Shown: positions 9,221 to 16,956 of the stretch, one piece after another | Numbering within the stretch: position 1 is the stretch's first letter | Layout: each line of letters begins with the position of its first letter | Assembly (NCBI GenBank): GCA_031414955.1 | Contig: JANOQV010000140.1 | Coordinates: forward strand, 1-26,365 | Reading direction: 5' to 3' | Length of the DNA: 26,365 bases | From: Pedosphaera sp. | GTDB taxonomy: Bacteria > Verrucomicrobiota > Verrucomicrobiia > Limisphaerales > SIBH01 | The notes under the pieces: model-generated | Database searches by the model: none | Told to the model about the DNA's origin: nothing | The model's input: the letters and a program-made list of their open reading frames with translations, nothing else | Program-made: the position numbers and the translations under genes

Positions 9221-9234
9221 CGGTCGGCGCTCCG

Positions 9235-9764
9235 CTACACCCGCAGCTTCGCCAGCAAGTCCTTGCTCTCCACGTTCTCGCCGACCTGGACGTTGATCTC
9301 GCTGACCACGCCGTCTGCCGCTGCGTAGATCGTGGTCTGCATCTTCATCGCTTCCATGGTCATCAGCTTGTCGCCTTTCGCCACCTTGGTGCCGACGCTA
9401 ACGTTGACGCTGGTGATGATGCCGGGAATGGGCGCGCCGGCCTGGAGCGGATCGGCAGGGTCGGCCTTGGCGCGGGCTTTCTTGTCGGCCTTGGCGGACT
9501 TGTCGGCGATGTGCGCGACGCGGGTGATGCCGTTGAGTTCGTACGTCACCGGGCGGCGGCCGTCCTTGTCCGGGTCGCCCACGCTGAAGAAGCGGATGAA
9601 GAGCGTCTTGCCTTCCTCGATATCGACGCTGATTTCCTCGGCGGGCTTGAGCCCGTAGAAGAACGCGGCCGTGGGCAGCACGCTCACGTTGCCGTAGTCG
9701 CGCGTGAACTTGGCGAACTCGGCGAAGACTTCGGGATACATGAAGTGGCTGTAGAGATCGTCGT
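9235..9764 (-). pseudogene. Displaced duplicate of the pyc 3' end (includes the biotin-carrier domain), direct repeat of 12255-12784
   Basis: Ungapped alignment at offset 3020; 27 mismatches in 530 nt by hand count; 4 amino-acid changes; intact EAMKM; TAG stop. Confidence 0.95.
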
Positions 9765-9832
9765 AAGCGGAGTCGCGGACAGCCTTGTAAGCAGTTTTTT
9801 CTTCAAGCACGACCGGCGGTAGAAATTGCCGT

Positions 9833-9861
9833 TTGCGAAGCCCGGTCCGGCTGGCTATTCT
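9833..9861 (+). promoter_or_regulatory. Candidate sigma70 promoter of the antitoxin-ParE operon (leaderless)
   Basis: TTGCGA (9833-9838), 17 nt, TATTCT (9856-9861), 6 nt, GTG start. Confidence 0.55.
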
Positions 9862-9867
9862 TTCGCC

Positions 9868-10092
9868 GTGAGCACACTGATGGAAATTCAAGACGCCGTA
9901 ACGAGGCTTCCCGCTGACGAGAAGACCGCCCTCTCGCTCTGGCTGAATTCCCAGGCCGCGCCCGCCCTGAGCGCGCGCGAGGAGCAACAGCTTCTCCGCT
10001 CGCTCGACGAAGCCATCCGGGACGTGGATGCGGGCCGGGGCGTGTCGCTGGCCGACGCGCACAAGCTCGTGGTTTCATGGGCTGCAAAGTAA
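9868..10092 (+). CDS. Putative type II antitoxin (addiction-module-like), 74 aa
   Basis: MSTLMEIQDAVTRLP...LDEAIRDVDAGRGVSLADA; small protein overlapping a ParE/RelE gene by 16 nt. Confidence 0.8.
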   Translation: MSTLMEIQDAVTRLPADEKTALSLWLNSQAAPALSAREEQQLLRSLDEAIRDVDAGRGVSLADAHKLVVSWAAK

Positions 10093-10373
10093 TTTTCTCG
10101 CCCCAGGCCATTGCGGACCTCGCGGCTGCCGTCCGCCACATCGCTAAGGACGATCCTCAAACCGCCGAACGCATCGGTCATGCGCTGATTGACCGCGTGA
10201 CCATTCTGGAAAATTTCCCACTGCTCGGCGCTCCTTATCCCAAGCGGCCCGGCGTGCGGAAACTCGTCTCCCGTCCCTACATCATTTTCTACCGCGCCAG
10301 GCCGGAAGAGAACTGCGTGGATATTCTCCGCTACTGGCACGGGACGCAGAGCGAACCGGTGCTGAACGATTGA
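10077..10373 (+). CDS. RelE/ParE family toxin, 98 aa
   Basis: VIFSPQAIADL, LENFPLLG, RKLVSRPYIIFYR, ILRYWHG: typical ParE-like pattern. Confidence 0.9.
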   Translation: MGCKVIFSPQAIADLAAAVRHIAKDDPQTAERIGHALIDRVTILENFPLLGAPYPKRPGVRKLVSRPYIIFYRARPEENCVDILRYWHGTQSEPVLND

Positions 10374-10409
10374 GCCGCCGGTCACCGATGGGTGCCTCTT
10401 TCCGAATAC

Positions 10410-10481
10410 GATGCCGCTCCGACGGAGCTTGGGATTCCGTTGCGGTGGCCTTTCTACAAAGATGCCGCCCCTGACGGGGCT
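10410..10481. repeat. Direct pair of REP-like hairpins
   Basis: gatgccgctccgacggagct (10410-10429) and gatgccgcccctgacggggct (10461-10481); stems gctcc/ggagc and gcccc/ggggc differ by compensatory changes. Confidence 0.75.
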
Positions 10482-10524
10482 GCCTGACCGCGCCCCGTCG
10501 CCAAGTCCGTGGCGACGCGGTTCT

Positions 10525-10753
10525 ATCCCAACGGGATTGCATCATTCAGCCCAGCGTTGCGACGCCGGGTCGCTACGCTGGGAAAGAGGTTTGCAGATTC
10601 ACCAACCCTGTAGGGGTTGCATCCCCGGACTGCACCCGCCATGGCCCGCTCGCGCTTCAACCCCTGCAGGGTTGATGTCGAATTGGTTTCCGGCACCCAG
10701 GGTAGCTCGCGGACTCGCAACCGCTGGGCTGAGTGATGAAATCCCGTTGGGAT
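10525..10753. repeat. 229-bp palindromic REPIN/MITE-like element
   Basis: Perfect 14-bp terminal inverted repeat atcccaacgggatt / aatcccgttgggat; arms stay complementary for ~58 nt; inner inverted pair 10603-10619 / 10658-10674. Confidence 0.85.
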
Positions 10754-10939
10754 TCAGGGGCGGCGCGATTGGGAAACCCGACTGGCTCCGCCGCGCGCAC
10801 CGGGAGAAAAAGCCGCGCTCGACAGCCCGTTTTCCCTGCCTACACTGCCGCTATGACCGCGCCGTTCCCGGACTGTTTCACGGATGGGCTGAAACGCGAA
10901 TTGCGGGCGAATATCTGTTGGAGCTGACGACAGGAGATT

Positions 10940-11437
10940 ATGGTGCCGCACAAGTACGACGAGATTGTCAGACATTTGTCAGCCGCTTTCGCCGAGATGA
11001 GAAGGATCGGCCTTGCCGACGTTGTGGCGAAAGGGGGAGTTGGCGAAATTTTACTGGCCCGCAATCGCGGACATGAATTGATTGTTTCCGACAAGGGAGC
11101 CGACGGGAAGGATTCCAATGACAATCGTTACGAGTACAAGGTCAGCATAACGGATCAGTTCAACTTCCACTTTGGCACACGCGAAACCAAAGACCCGCCT
11201 GAAGAGAAGGTGAAGAAACATTTTAAGGGTCTCAAAGGTGCGCTTTGCGCAAAGCGTGAGGACGAGAAGATAAAGCGGATTGTGTTTATCCCCACTGAAT
11301 CAATCGTGCCCTATCTCATCGATCACTTTGCCAATACGACAGGAAAGCAATTGAACGGGAATTTCTCATTCGGCCGTCTGCTTGCGATGAGGGATGCCGT
11401 AGAGCTAAACCCTGAAGACCCAACAAGTGCTCTGTGA
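10940..11437 (+). CDS. PD-(D/E)XK nuclease, PvuII restriction endonuclease-like, 165 aa
   Basis: RBS AGGAG upstream; GGVGE...GADGKDSNDNRYEYK gives D55-x9-E65-x-K67; size and layout resemble R.PvuII as recalled from memory. Confidence 0.65.
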   Translation: MVPHKYDEIVRHLSAAFAEMRRIGLADVVAKGGVGEILLARNRGHELIVSDKGADGKDSNDNRYEYKVSITDQFNFHFGTRETKDPPEEKVKKHFKGLKGALCAKREDEKIKRIVFIPTESIVPYLIDHFANTTGKQLNGNFSFGRLLAMRDAVELNPEDPTSAL

Positions 11438-12251
11438 ACTGTCGCTACGTCGCGTGAACAACACCATCGTCCAGCCACCAACCAAGGAAATCCTCGCGCT
11501 TTGCGACGACTCCGACTTGCTTATCGAGCGATATCTGGCGTGCGTTGGCACGATTCGCAGAACGATTCGCCGTTTCGAAGCTGAGACGGAGGTTTACACC
11601 ATCATGAAGCTCCTGATTCGCCACTTGGAGTCGGTATGCCAGTTGGCGCGTCACGATCTCGTTCAACTACCCTCCGCAGTCGTCCTCTCTCGCGCGGCTT
11701 TCGAGGCCAGCGTTCGCGCACGGTGGATGCTCCGTCCAGTTGATCCCTATGAACGAGAGGTGCGATGGGTTCTGCATCTTCGCTCTGCGACGGAGCACTA
11801 CGCCAAATTGGAGCGCAGCACATGCATACCGAAGGAGACCGCTGCGGCTTACGGCCTACGCCGCCAATCATACGAGGAATTCGGTGCCGACATTTCCAAA
11901 CTCCTTTGTGAGCGTGGATACTCCTTACCAAAGCAAGCCCCGAACATTTGGGAGATGGTCAAGGACATCGGCGAGCCAAACCTTTACCATTTCTACATTC
12001 TTCTTTCCGCCTACACGCACACGAATTTCGAGGCAGGCAACCTCTATCGTAAAAATCTCGGCAACGCGAAGGAACTGGGCGAGTTCATCACACCCAAAGA
12101 TTGGCAGCTTCCTTTGGAGGTCGCTTGGAGGTCCTTTTTCGTCATCGCCCACGACTTCTTGTACTGGGTCGAGGCAGACATGGCGACATTCTCCTCGAAG
12201 ACCCTGCGCCCCGGCTTTGAATCGCACTTATCCCAACTCAATGCGGCCTGA
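11427..12251 (+). CDS. DUF5677-like (HEPN-related) helical protein; start may be GTG 11454
   Basis: SAVVLSRAAFE and LYHFYILLSAYTH match the A..L.R...E and Y..LS...H pattern of DUF5677-type proteins. Confidence 0.6.
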   Translation: MLCELSLRRVNNTIVQPPTKEILALCDDSDLLIERYLACVGTIRRTIRRFEAETEVYTIMKLLIRHLESVCQLARHDLVQLPSAVVLSRAAFEASVRARWMLRPVDPYEREVRWVLHLRSATEHYAKLERSTCIPKETAAAYGLRRQSYEEFGADISKLLCERGYSLPKQAPNIWEMVKDIGEPNLYHFYILLSAYTHTNFEAGNLYRKNLGNAKELGEFITPKDWQLPLEVAWRSFFVIAHDFLYWVEADMATFSSKTLRPGFESHLSQLNAA

Positions 12252-12254
12252 CCT

Positions 12255-15200
12255 TTACACCCTCAGCTTCGCCAGCAGATCCTTGCTCTCCACGTTCTCG
12301 CCGACTTGCACGTTGATCTCGCTGACCACGCCGTCCGCCGCCGCGTAGATGGTGGTCTGCATCTTCATCGCTTCCATGGTCATCAGCTTGTCGCCTTTCG
12401 CCACCTTGGTGCCGACGCTGACGTTGACGCTGGTGATGATGCCGGGAATGGGCGCGCCAGACTGGAGCGGGTCGGCGGGGTCGGCCTTGGCGCGGGATTT
12501 CTTGTCGGCCTTGGCGGATTTGTCGGCGATGTGCGCGACGCGGGTGATGCCGTTGAGTTCGTATGTCACCGGGCGGCGACCCTCCTTGTCCGGGTCGCCC
12601 ACGCTGACGAAGCGGATGAAGAGCGTCTTGCCTTCCTCGATATCGACGCTGATTTCCTCGGCGGGCTTGAGTCCGTAGAAGAACGCGGCGGTGGGCAGCA
12701 CGCTCACGTTGCCGTAATCGCGCGTGAACTTCGCGAACTCGGCAAAGACCTCGGGATACATGAAGTGACTGTAGAGATCGTCGTCGCCGACTTCGCGTTT
12801 CAACTTGCCGATGAGCGAGCGCGTCTCGGCCTTCAAGTCGGCGGGCGGGAAGTTGGAACCGGGCCGGCCCTTGAGCGGCTTCTCGCGGCCAATGACGACC
12901 TTCTGCAACTGCTTCGGCCAGCCGCCCATCGGCAGGCCGAGTCCGCCGCGCAGCATATCGACGACGCTGGCGGGAAAAGGCGTGACGCCGGGTTCGAGGT
13001 TCACCACGTCGGCGGGCTTGATGCCGCGCGTGATGAGAAACATCGTCATGTCACCGACAACCTTGCTGCTCGGCGTCACCTTCACGATGTCGCCGAAGAG
13101 CTGGTTCACCTCGGCGTAAGTGCGCGCGATCTCCGGCCAGCGATGCGCGAGACCCATGCTGGCGGCCTGTTCCTTGAGGTTCGTGTATTGGCCGCCGGGC
13201 ATTTCGTGGAGATACACTTCCGCGCTGCCGGTCTTGGGCGCGGTGTCAAAGGGCGCGTAAATCAAGCGCACGCGCTCCCAGTAGTCGGAGAATTCGTTGA
13301 GCGCTTCGAGGTCGAGTCCGGTGTCGCGCGGCGTACGTTCGAGCGCAGCGACTATGGAGTTCATATTTGGCTGGCTCGTCGAACCGCTCATGCTGGCGAT
13401 GGCGAGATCAACGATGTCCACGCCGGCATCCGCGGCCTTCATCACGCTTGAAGCGTTCACGCCGCTCGTGTCGTGGGTGTGGAAGTGAATGGGCAGGCCA
13501 ACCTCTTCCTTGAGCGCCTTGACCAACGCGTGCGCCGCATAGGGACGGCAGAGTCCCGCCATGTCCTTGATCGCCAAGAGGTGCGCGCCCATGCGCTCCA
13601 GTTCCTTGGCGAGCTTCACGTAATACTTGAGCGAATACTTGGTGCGCTTCGGGTCCAGGATGTCGCCGGTGTAGCAGATGGCGCCCTCGCACAACGCGTG
13701 CGTCTCCTGCACCGCGTCCATCGCGACCGTGAGGTTGGGCAGGTAATTCAGCGAGTCGAAGATGCGGAAGATGTCCATGCCCGACTCGGCGGCGTGCTTG
13801 ACGAAACCGGCCACGACGTTGTCGGGATAATTCGAGTAACCCACGGCGTTGCTGCCGCGAAAGAGCATCTGGAAACAAATGTTCGGCACCTTGGCGCGCA
13901 ACTCGCGCAACCGCGCCCACGGATCTTCGCGGAGGAAACGCATCGACGTGTCGAAGGTCGCGCCGCCCCACATCTCCAGCGAGAACAACTGCGGCGTGCG
14001 TTGCGCCACCGCACCGGCGGCGGCGAGCATGTCGTAGCTGCGTACGCGCGTGGCCATGAGCGACTGATGCGCGTCGCGAAAGGTCGTGTCGGTGATGAGC
14101 AGGCGCTTCTGCTTCGCCGTCCACTCGGCGAATTTCTTCGGGCCGAGTTCGAGCAGCAGGTCGCGCGTGCCTTTCGCCGGCTTGGCCTTGTGGTCGTATG
14201 CCGGTGGCGCGATCTGCGGCGCATGACTCGCGAGCTTGTGGCCCTTCGCGTGCGGATTGCCGTTCACGATCACGTCGCCGAGGAAACTGAGCAGCTTGGT
14301 CGCGCGGTCGCGGCGATGCTTGAAGGCGAACAATTCCGGGGTGTTGTCGATCAGCGTGGTCGTGGCCTGCCCGCTGCGGAAGGTCTCGTTGTGAATCAGG
14401 TTTTCGAGGAACGGGATGTTCGTCTTCACGCCACGAATGCGGAATTCCTTGAGCGACCGATCCATGCGCTGCAACGCCATCTCGAAGGTCTGCCCGCTCG
14501 TCGTGAGCTTCACCAGCAACGAGTCGTAGAAAGGCGTGATGACCGCGCCCGCATAGCCCATGCCGCCGTCGAGTCGCACCCCGAAACCGCCCGCGCTGCG
14601 GTAGGTGAGAATCTTGCCGTAGTCCGGCGTGAACTTGTTCTCGGGATCCTCGGTGGTGATGCGCGACTGCACGGCGTAACCCTGGCGCGGGATTTTATCT
14701 TGCGGCGGCAGGCCAACCTCGGCTGAGAACATCGACTGCCCTTGCGCAATCATTATCTGCGCGCGCACGAGATCGATGCCGGTGATGACTTCCGTGACCG
14801 TGTGCTCGACTTGAATACGAGGGTTCATCTCGATGAAGAACCATTCGTTGCAGTCGAGGTCGTAAAGGAATTCCACCGTGCCCGCGTTGTCGTAACCAAT
14901 CTCTTTCGCGATGCGCGCGGCCGCGAGACACAACTCCTGCCGAACGTGATCGTCCAAGCCAACGCTGGGCGCGATCTCGACAACCTTCTGATGCCGCCGC
15001 TGGACCGAGCAATCGCGTTCGTGCAAATGCAGCACATTGCCGTGCTTGTCGCCGAGCACCTGCACCTCGATGTGCTTCGCGCGCGGAATATATTTCTCCA
15101 GGAACACGGCGGGATTGCCGAAGGCGCGTTCCGCTTCGCCCTGCGCCTCGTCGAGCAGATGGTCGAGGTCACCGGACTTGTGAACGACGCGCATCCCGCG

Positions 15201-15725
15201 CCCGCCGCCGCCGAAGGCCGCCTTGATGATGAGCGGGAAGCCAATCGATTTCGCGACCTTCAACGCCTCGGCGCGATCCGTGATCGGCTCCTCGGTCCCG
15301 GGAAGCGTCGGAACATTGATCTTCGCCGCCAGCGCGCGGGCCGCCGTCTTGTCGCCCATCATGTCGAGCAACTCCGGCTTCGGCCCGACGAAGGTGATGC
15401 CCGCCCCGGCACACGCGCGCGCGAACGCCGCGTTCTCGGAAAGAAACCCGTAACCCGGATGAATGAGATCGACGCCCTTCTCCTTCGCCAGCGCGACAAT
15501 GCTGGGAATGTCGAGATACGCCGCGACCGGCCCCTTGCCCTGACCGACGAGATACGCCTCGTCCGCCTTGAAGCGATGGACCGAGAGGCGGTCTTCCTGC
15601 GCATAGATGGCGACCGTGCGGAGATTCAACTCCGTGGCCGCGCGAAACACGCGGATGGCGATCTCGCTGCGATTGGCGACGAGAAGCTTCTTGAACTCTT
15701 TGGGCTGGGCTTTCGACGAACTCAT
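12255..15725 (-). CDS. pyc: Pyruvate carboxylase, single-polypeptide type
   Basis: Biotin carboxylase (ANRSEIA, GGGGRG, ERDCSVQRRHQK), carboxyltransferase (DTTFRDAHQS, HFHTHDT) and BCCP (EAMKM) domains; 1156 aa. Confidence 0.98.
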   Translation of the reverse strand: MSSSKAQPKEFKKLLVANRSEIAIRVFRAATELNLRTVAIYAQEDRLSVHRFKADEAYLVGQGKGPVAAYLDIPSIVALAKEKGVDLIHPGYGFLSENAAFARACAGAGITFVGPKPELLDMMGDKTAARALAAKINVPTLPGTEEPITDRAEALKVAKSIGFPLIIKAAFGGGGRGMRVVHKSGDLDHLLDEAQGEAERAFGNPAVFLEKYIPRAKHIEVQVLGDKHGNVLHLHERDCSVQRRHQKVVEIAPSVGLDDHVRQELCLAAARIAKEIGYDNAGTVEFLYDLDCNEWFFIEMNPRIQVEHTVTEVITGIDLVRAQIMIAQGQSMFSAEVGLPPQDKIPRQGYAVQSRITTEDPENKFTPDYGKILTYRSAGGFGVRLDGGMGYAGAVITPFYDSLLVKLTTSGQTFEMALQRMDRSLKEFRIRGVKTNIPFLENLIHNETFRSGQATTTLIDNTPELFAFKHRRDRATKLLSFLGDVIVNGNPHAKGHKLASHAPQIAPPAYDHKAKPAKGTRDLLLELGPKKFAEWTAKQKRLLITDTTFRDAHQSLMATRVRSYDMLAAAGAVAQRTPQLFSLEMWGGATFDTSMRFLREDPWARLRELRAKVPNICFQMLFRGSNAVGYSNYPDNVVAGFVKHAAESGMDIFRIFDSLNYLPNLTVAMDAVQETHALCEGAICYTGDILDPKRTKYSLKYYVKLAKELERMGAHLLAIKDMAGLCRPYAAHALVKALKEEVGLPIHFHTHDTSGVNASSVMKAADAGVDIVDLAIASMSGSTSQPNMNSIVAALERTPRDTGLDLEALNEFSDYWERVRLIYAPFDTAPKTGSAEVYLHEMPGGQYTNLKEQAASMGLAHRWPEIARTYAEVNQLFGDIVKVTPSSKVVGDMTMFLITRGIKPADVVNLEPGVTPFPASVVDMLRGGLGLPMGGWPKQLQKVVIGREKPLKGRPGSNFPPADLKAETRSLIGKLKREVGDDDLYSHFMYPEVFAEFAKFTRDYGNVSVLPTAAFFYGLKPAEEISVDIEEGKTLFIRFVSVGDPDKEGRRPVTYELNGITRVAHIADKSAKADKKSRAKADPADPLQSGAPIPGIITSVNVSVGTKVAKGDKLMTMEAMKMQTTIYAAADGVVSEINVQVGENVESKDLLAKLRV

Positions 15726-15737
15726 AAATTGCGCGTG

Positions 15738-15766
15738 GTTATAGAGAGGGGCGGGGGTGATGGCAA
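15738..15766 (-). promoter_or_regulatory. Candidate sigma70 promoter of pyc
   Basis: Minus strand TTGCCA (15766-15761), 17 nt, TATAAC (15743-15738), 12 nt before ATG. Confidence 0.6.
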
Positions 15767-15883
15767 AAGGTTTGGTACTTTCGGCGGAGCGGGCCTCGCG
15801 GGTGCCGCGCCTGGAAGCGATCGAGTGCCGACTGGCGCTGGTTTCAAGCTCTGGTCGAAGTTTCCTGGGCGCTCGAATCGCGG

Positions 15884-16930
15884 CTAAATGTTCAGCAGGA
15901 GAGCGGCTGATTTAGACTGCGCGGCGGCGGCGATCGCGACCAGCGCCTGGCTGCTTTGCTTGCGGCAGAAGTCGGCCACTCCGCGGGGCAGGGCATGCCA
16001 GTACTGGCCGGAGTGGTTTTCCTTCACCCAGGCGAGGAATTCCGCATACTGCCGCACCTCGAATTCATCCTCGACCGCCGCGCCCTGGCCAAAGTCCACA
16101 TAGTCCGGATGGACATTGAGCAGCGCCATGCCGCCGCGGGAGCGGATCCATTCGAGCTTCTGCTTCCAGATGTCGTTGGTCGGCTCCTGCAGCATGACGA
16201 AGAGGGTCGAGTCCTGGACCAGAGTGTAGGGCAGTTCCATGTAGCCGCCACCTTCGCGCGCGCCGATCCAGAAGGGGAAGATCGTCTTCACCCCGTCGGG
16301 CTGCGGCTCGAACGGGTCGGTGTCGAAAGTGGAGGCGTCGTACTGGACGTGGAGTTCCTTGATCCATTCCAGGTTGTGGAACATGAAGCCGGAGCGGAAT
16401 CCCACCGCGTCCCATTCCTTGAGATAGAAGTTGATGCGCTCGGCGCTGGCGCGAAAAGCCGCCCGAGACTGGTAGAGCTTTCCGTCGTGCCGGTGATCAT
16501 GCACGCCCACCTCGAAGCCCGATTCGACCAGCCAGTTCCGCAACTCGGCGCTGACGCGGTAAGATCCCTCGGGAACAAAATTGAAGGAGGAACGGAAGCC
16601 CAGGGACATCTCCAGCTCGGCCAGTTGCCGCACGCGATCCAGTCCGCGCTGTGATTCCACATCGTGGGTCAGGACGAAGGCAAACTTGCGCTCCTCCGGC
16701 CAGCCCGGCCAGTTCGCGGGCGCGGTGCCGGCAGATTCCAGAATGGGCCATTGGCCGGTGCAGCGGGCGCGTTTGCGGCGGGCCAGCCAGCGCCGGATGG
16801 GCAGGCGGAAGCCGAGTGGTAGCGCTGGCTTGATCCAGTAGTAAAGGCGCAGGCTGACCAGCCAGAGCACGCCGATCACCAGAGTGATCGAAAGCCAGTG
16901 GCCGCGCAAAAATCCCAGGACAGTTCTCAT
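15884..16930 (-). CDS. Polysaccharide deacetylase-like (CE4/NodB fold) protein with N-terminal membrane anchor, 348 aa
   Basis: WPEERKFAFVLTHDVE, FEVGVHD, GFRS, YDAS, ELPYTL, NVHPDY. Start at MRTVLG, 26 nt after the GNAT stop. Confidence 0.8.
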   Translation of the reverse strand: MRTVLGFLRGHWLSITLVIGVLWLVSLRLYYWIKPALPLGFRLPIRRWLARRKRARCTGQWPILESAGTAPANWPGWPEERKFAFVLTHDVESQRGLDRVRQLAELEMSLGFRSSFNFVPEGSYRVSAELRNWLVESGFEVGVHDHRHDGKLYQSRAAFRASAERINFYLKEWDAVGFRSGFMFHNLEWIKELHVQYDASTFDTDPFEPQPDGVKTIFPFWIGAREGGGYMELPYTLVQDSTLFVMLQEPTNDIWKQKLEWIRSRGGMALLNVHPDYVDFGQGAAVEDEFEVRQYAEFLAWVKENHSGQYWHALPRGVADFCRKQSSQALVAIAAAAQSKSAALLLNI

Positions 16931-16956
16931 CGTGATACGCGCGTGATAATCCCAAC

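Larger units (their letters stand above)
9765..12254. mobile_element. Integrase-free accessory islet between the two pyc 3' ends
   Basis: Bounded by 530-bp direct repeats; all cargo genes are on the strand opposite to pyc; TA pair; lower-GC genes (sampled line at 11221 has 29/60 GC versus 43/60 for a pyc line at 12841). Confidence 0.7.

Noticed and set aside
9811..10062. N-terminal part of the 275-aa ORF 9235..10062 as a real fusion protein
   Set aside because: It is the antisense of the antitoxin gene and its promoter; only the pyc-derived part looks protein-like.
10410..10481. CRISPR mini-array
   Set aside because: Only two non-identical 20-21 nt units and no cas genes.
10411..11076. 221-aa ORF and other small ORFs across the palindromes
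   Set aside because: Translations of repeat DNA; they overlap the nuclease gene out of frame.
9765..12254. Classical integrase island, prophage or IS
   Set aside because: No recombinase, transposase or phage genes, no tRNA target, and the repeat is much longer than a usual att core.
9235..12784. Diversity-generating retroelement TR/VR pair
   Set aside because: Mismatches are not adenine-specific and are mostly synonymous third positions; no reverse transcriptase in the window.
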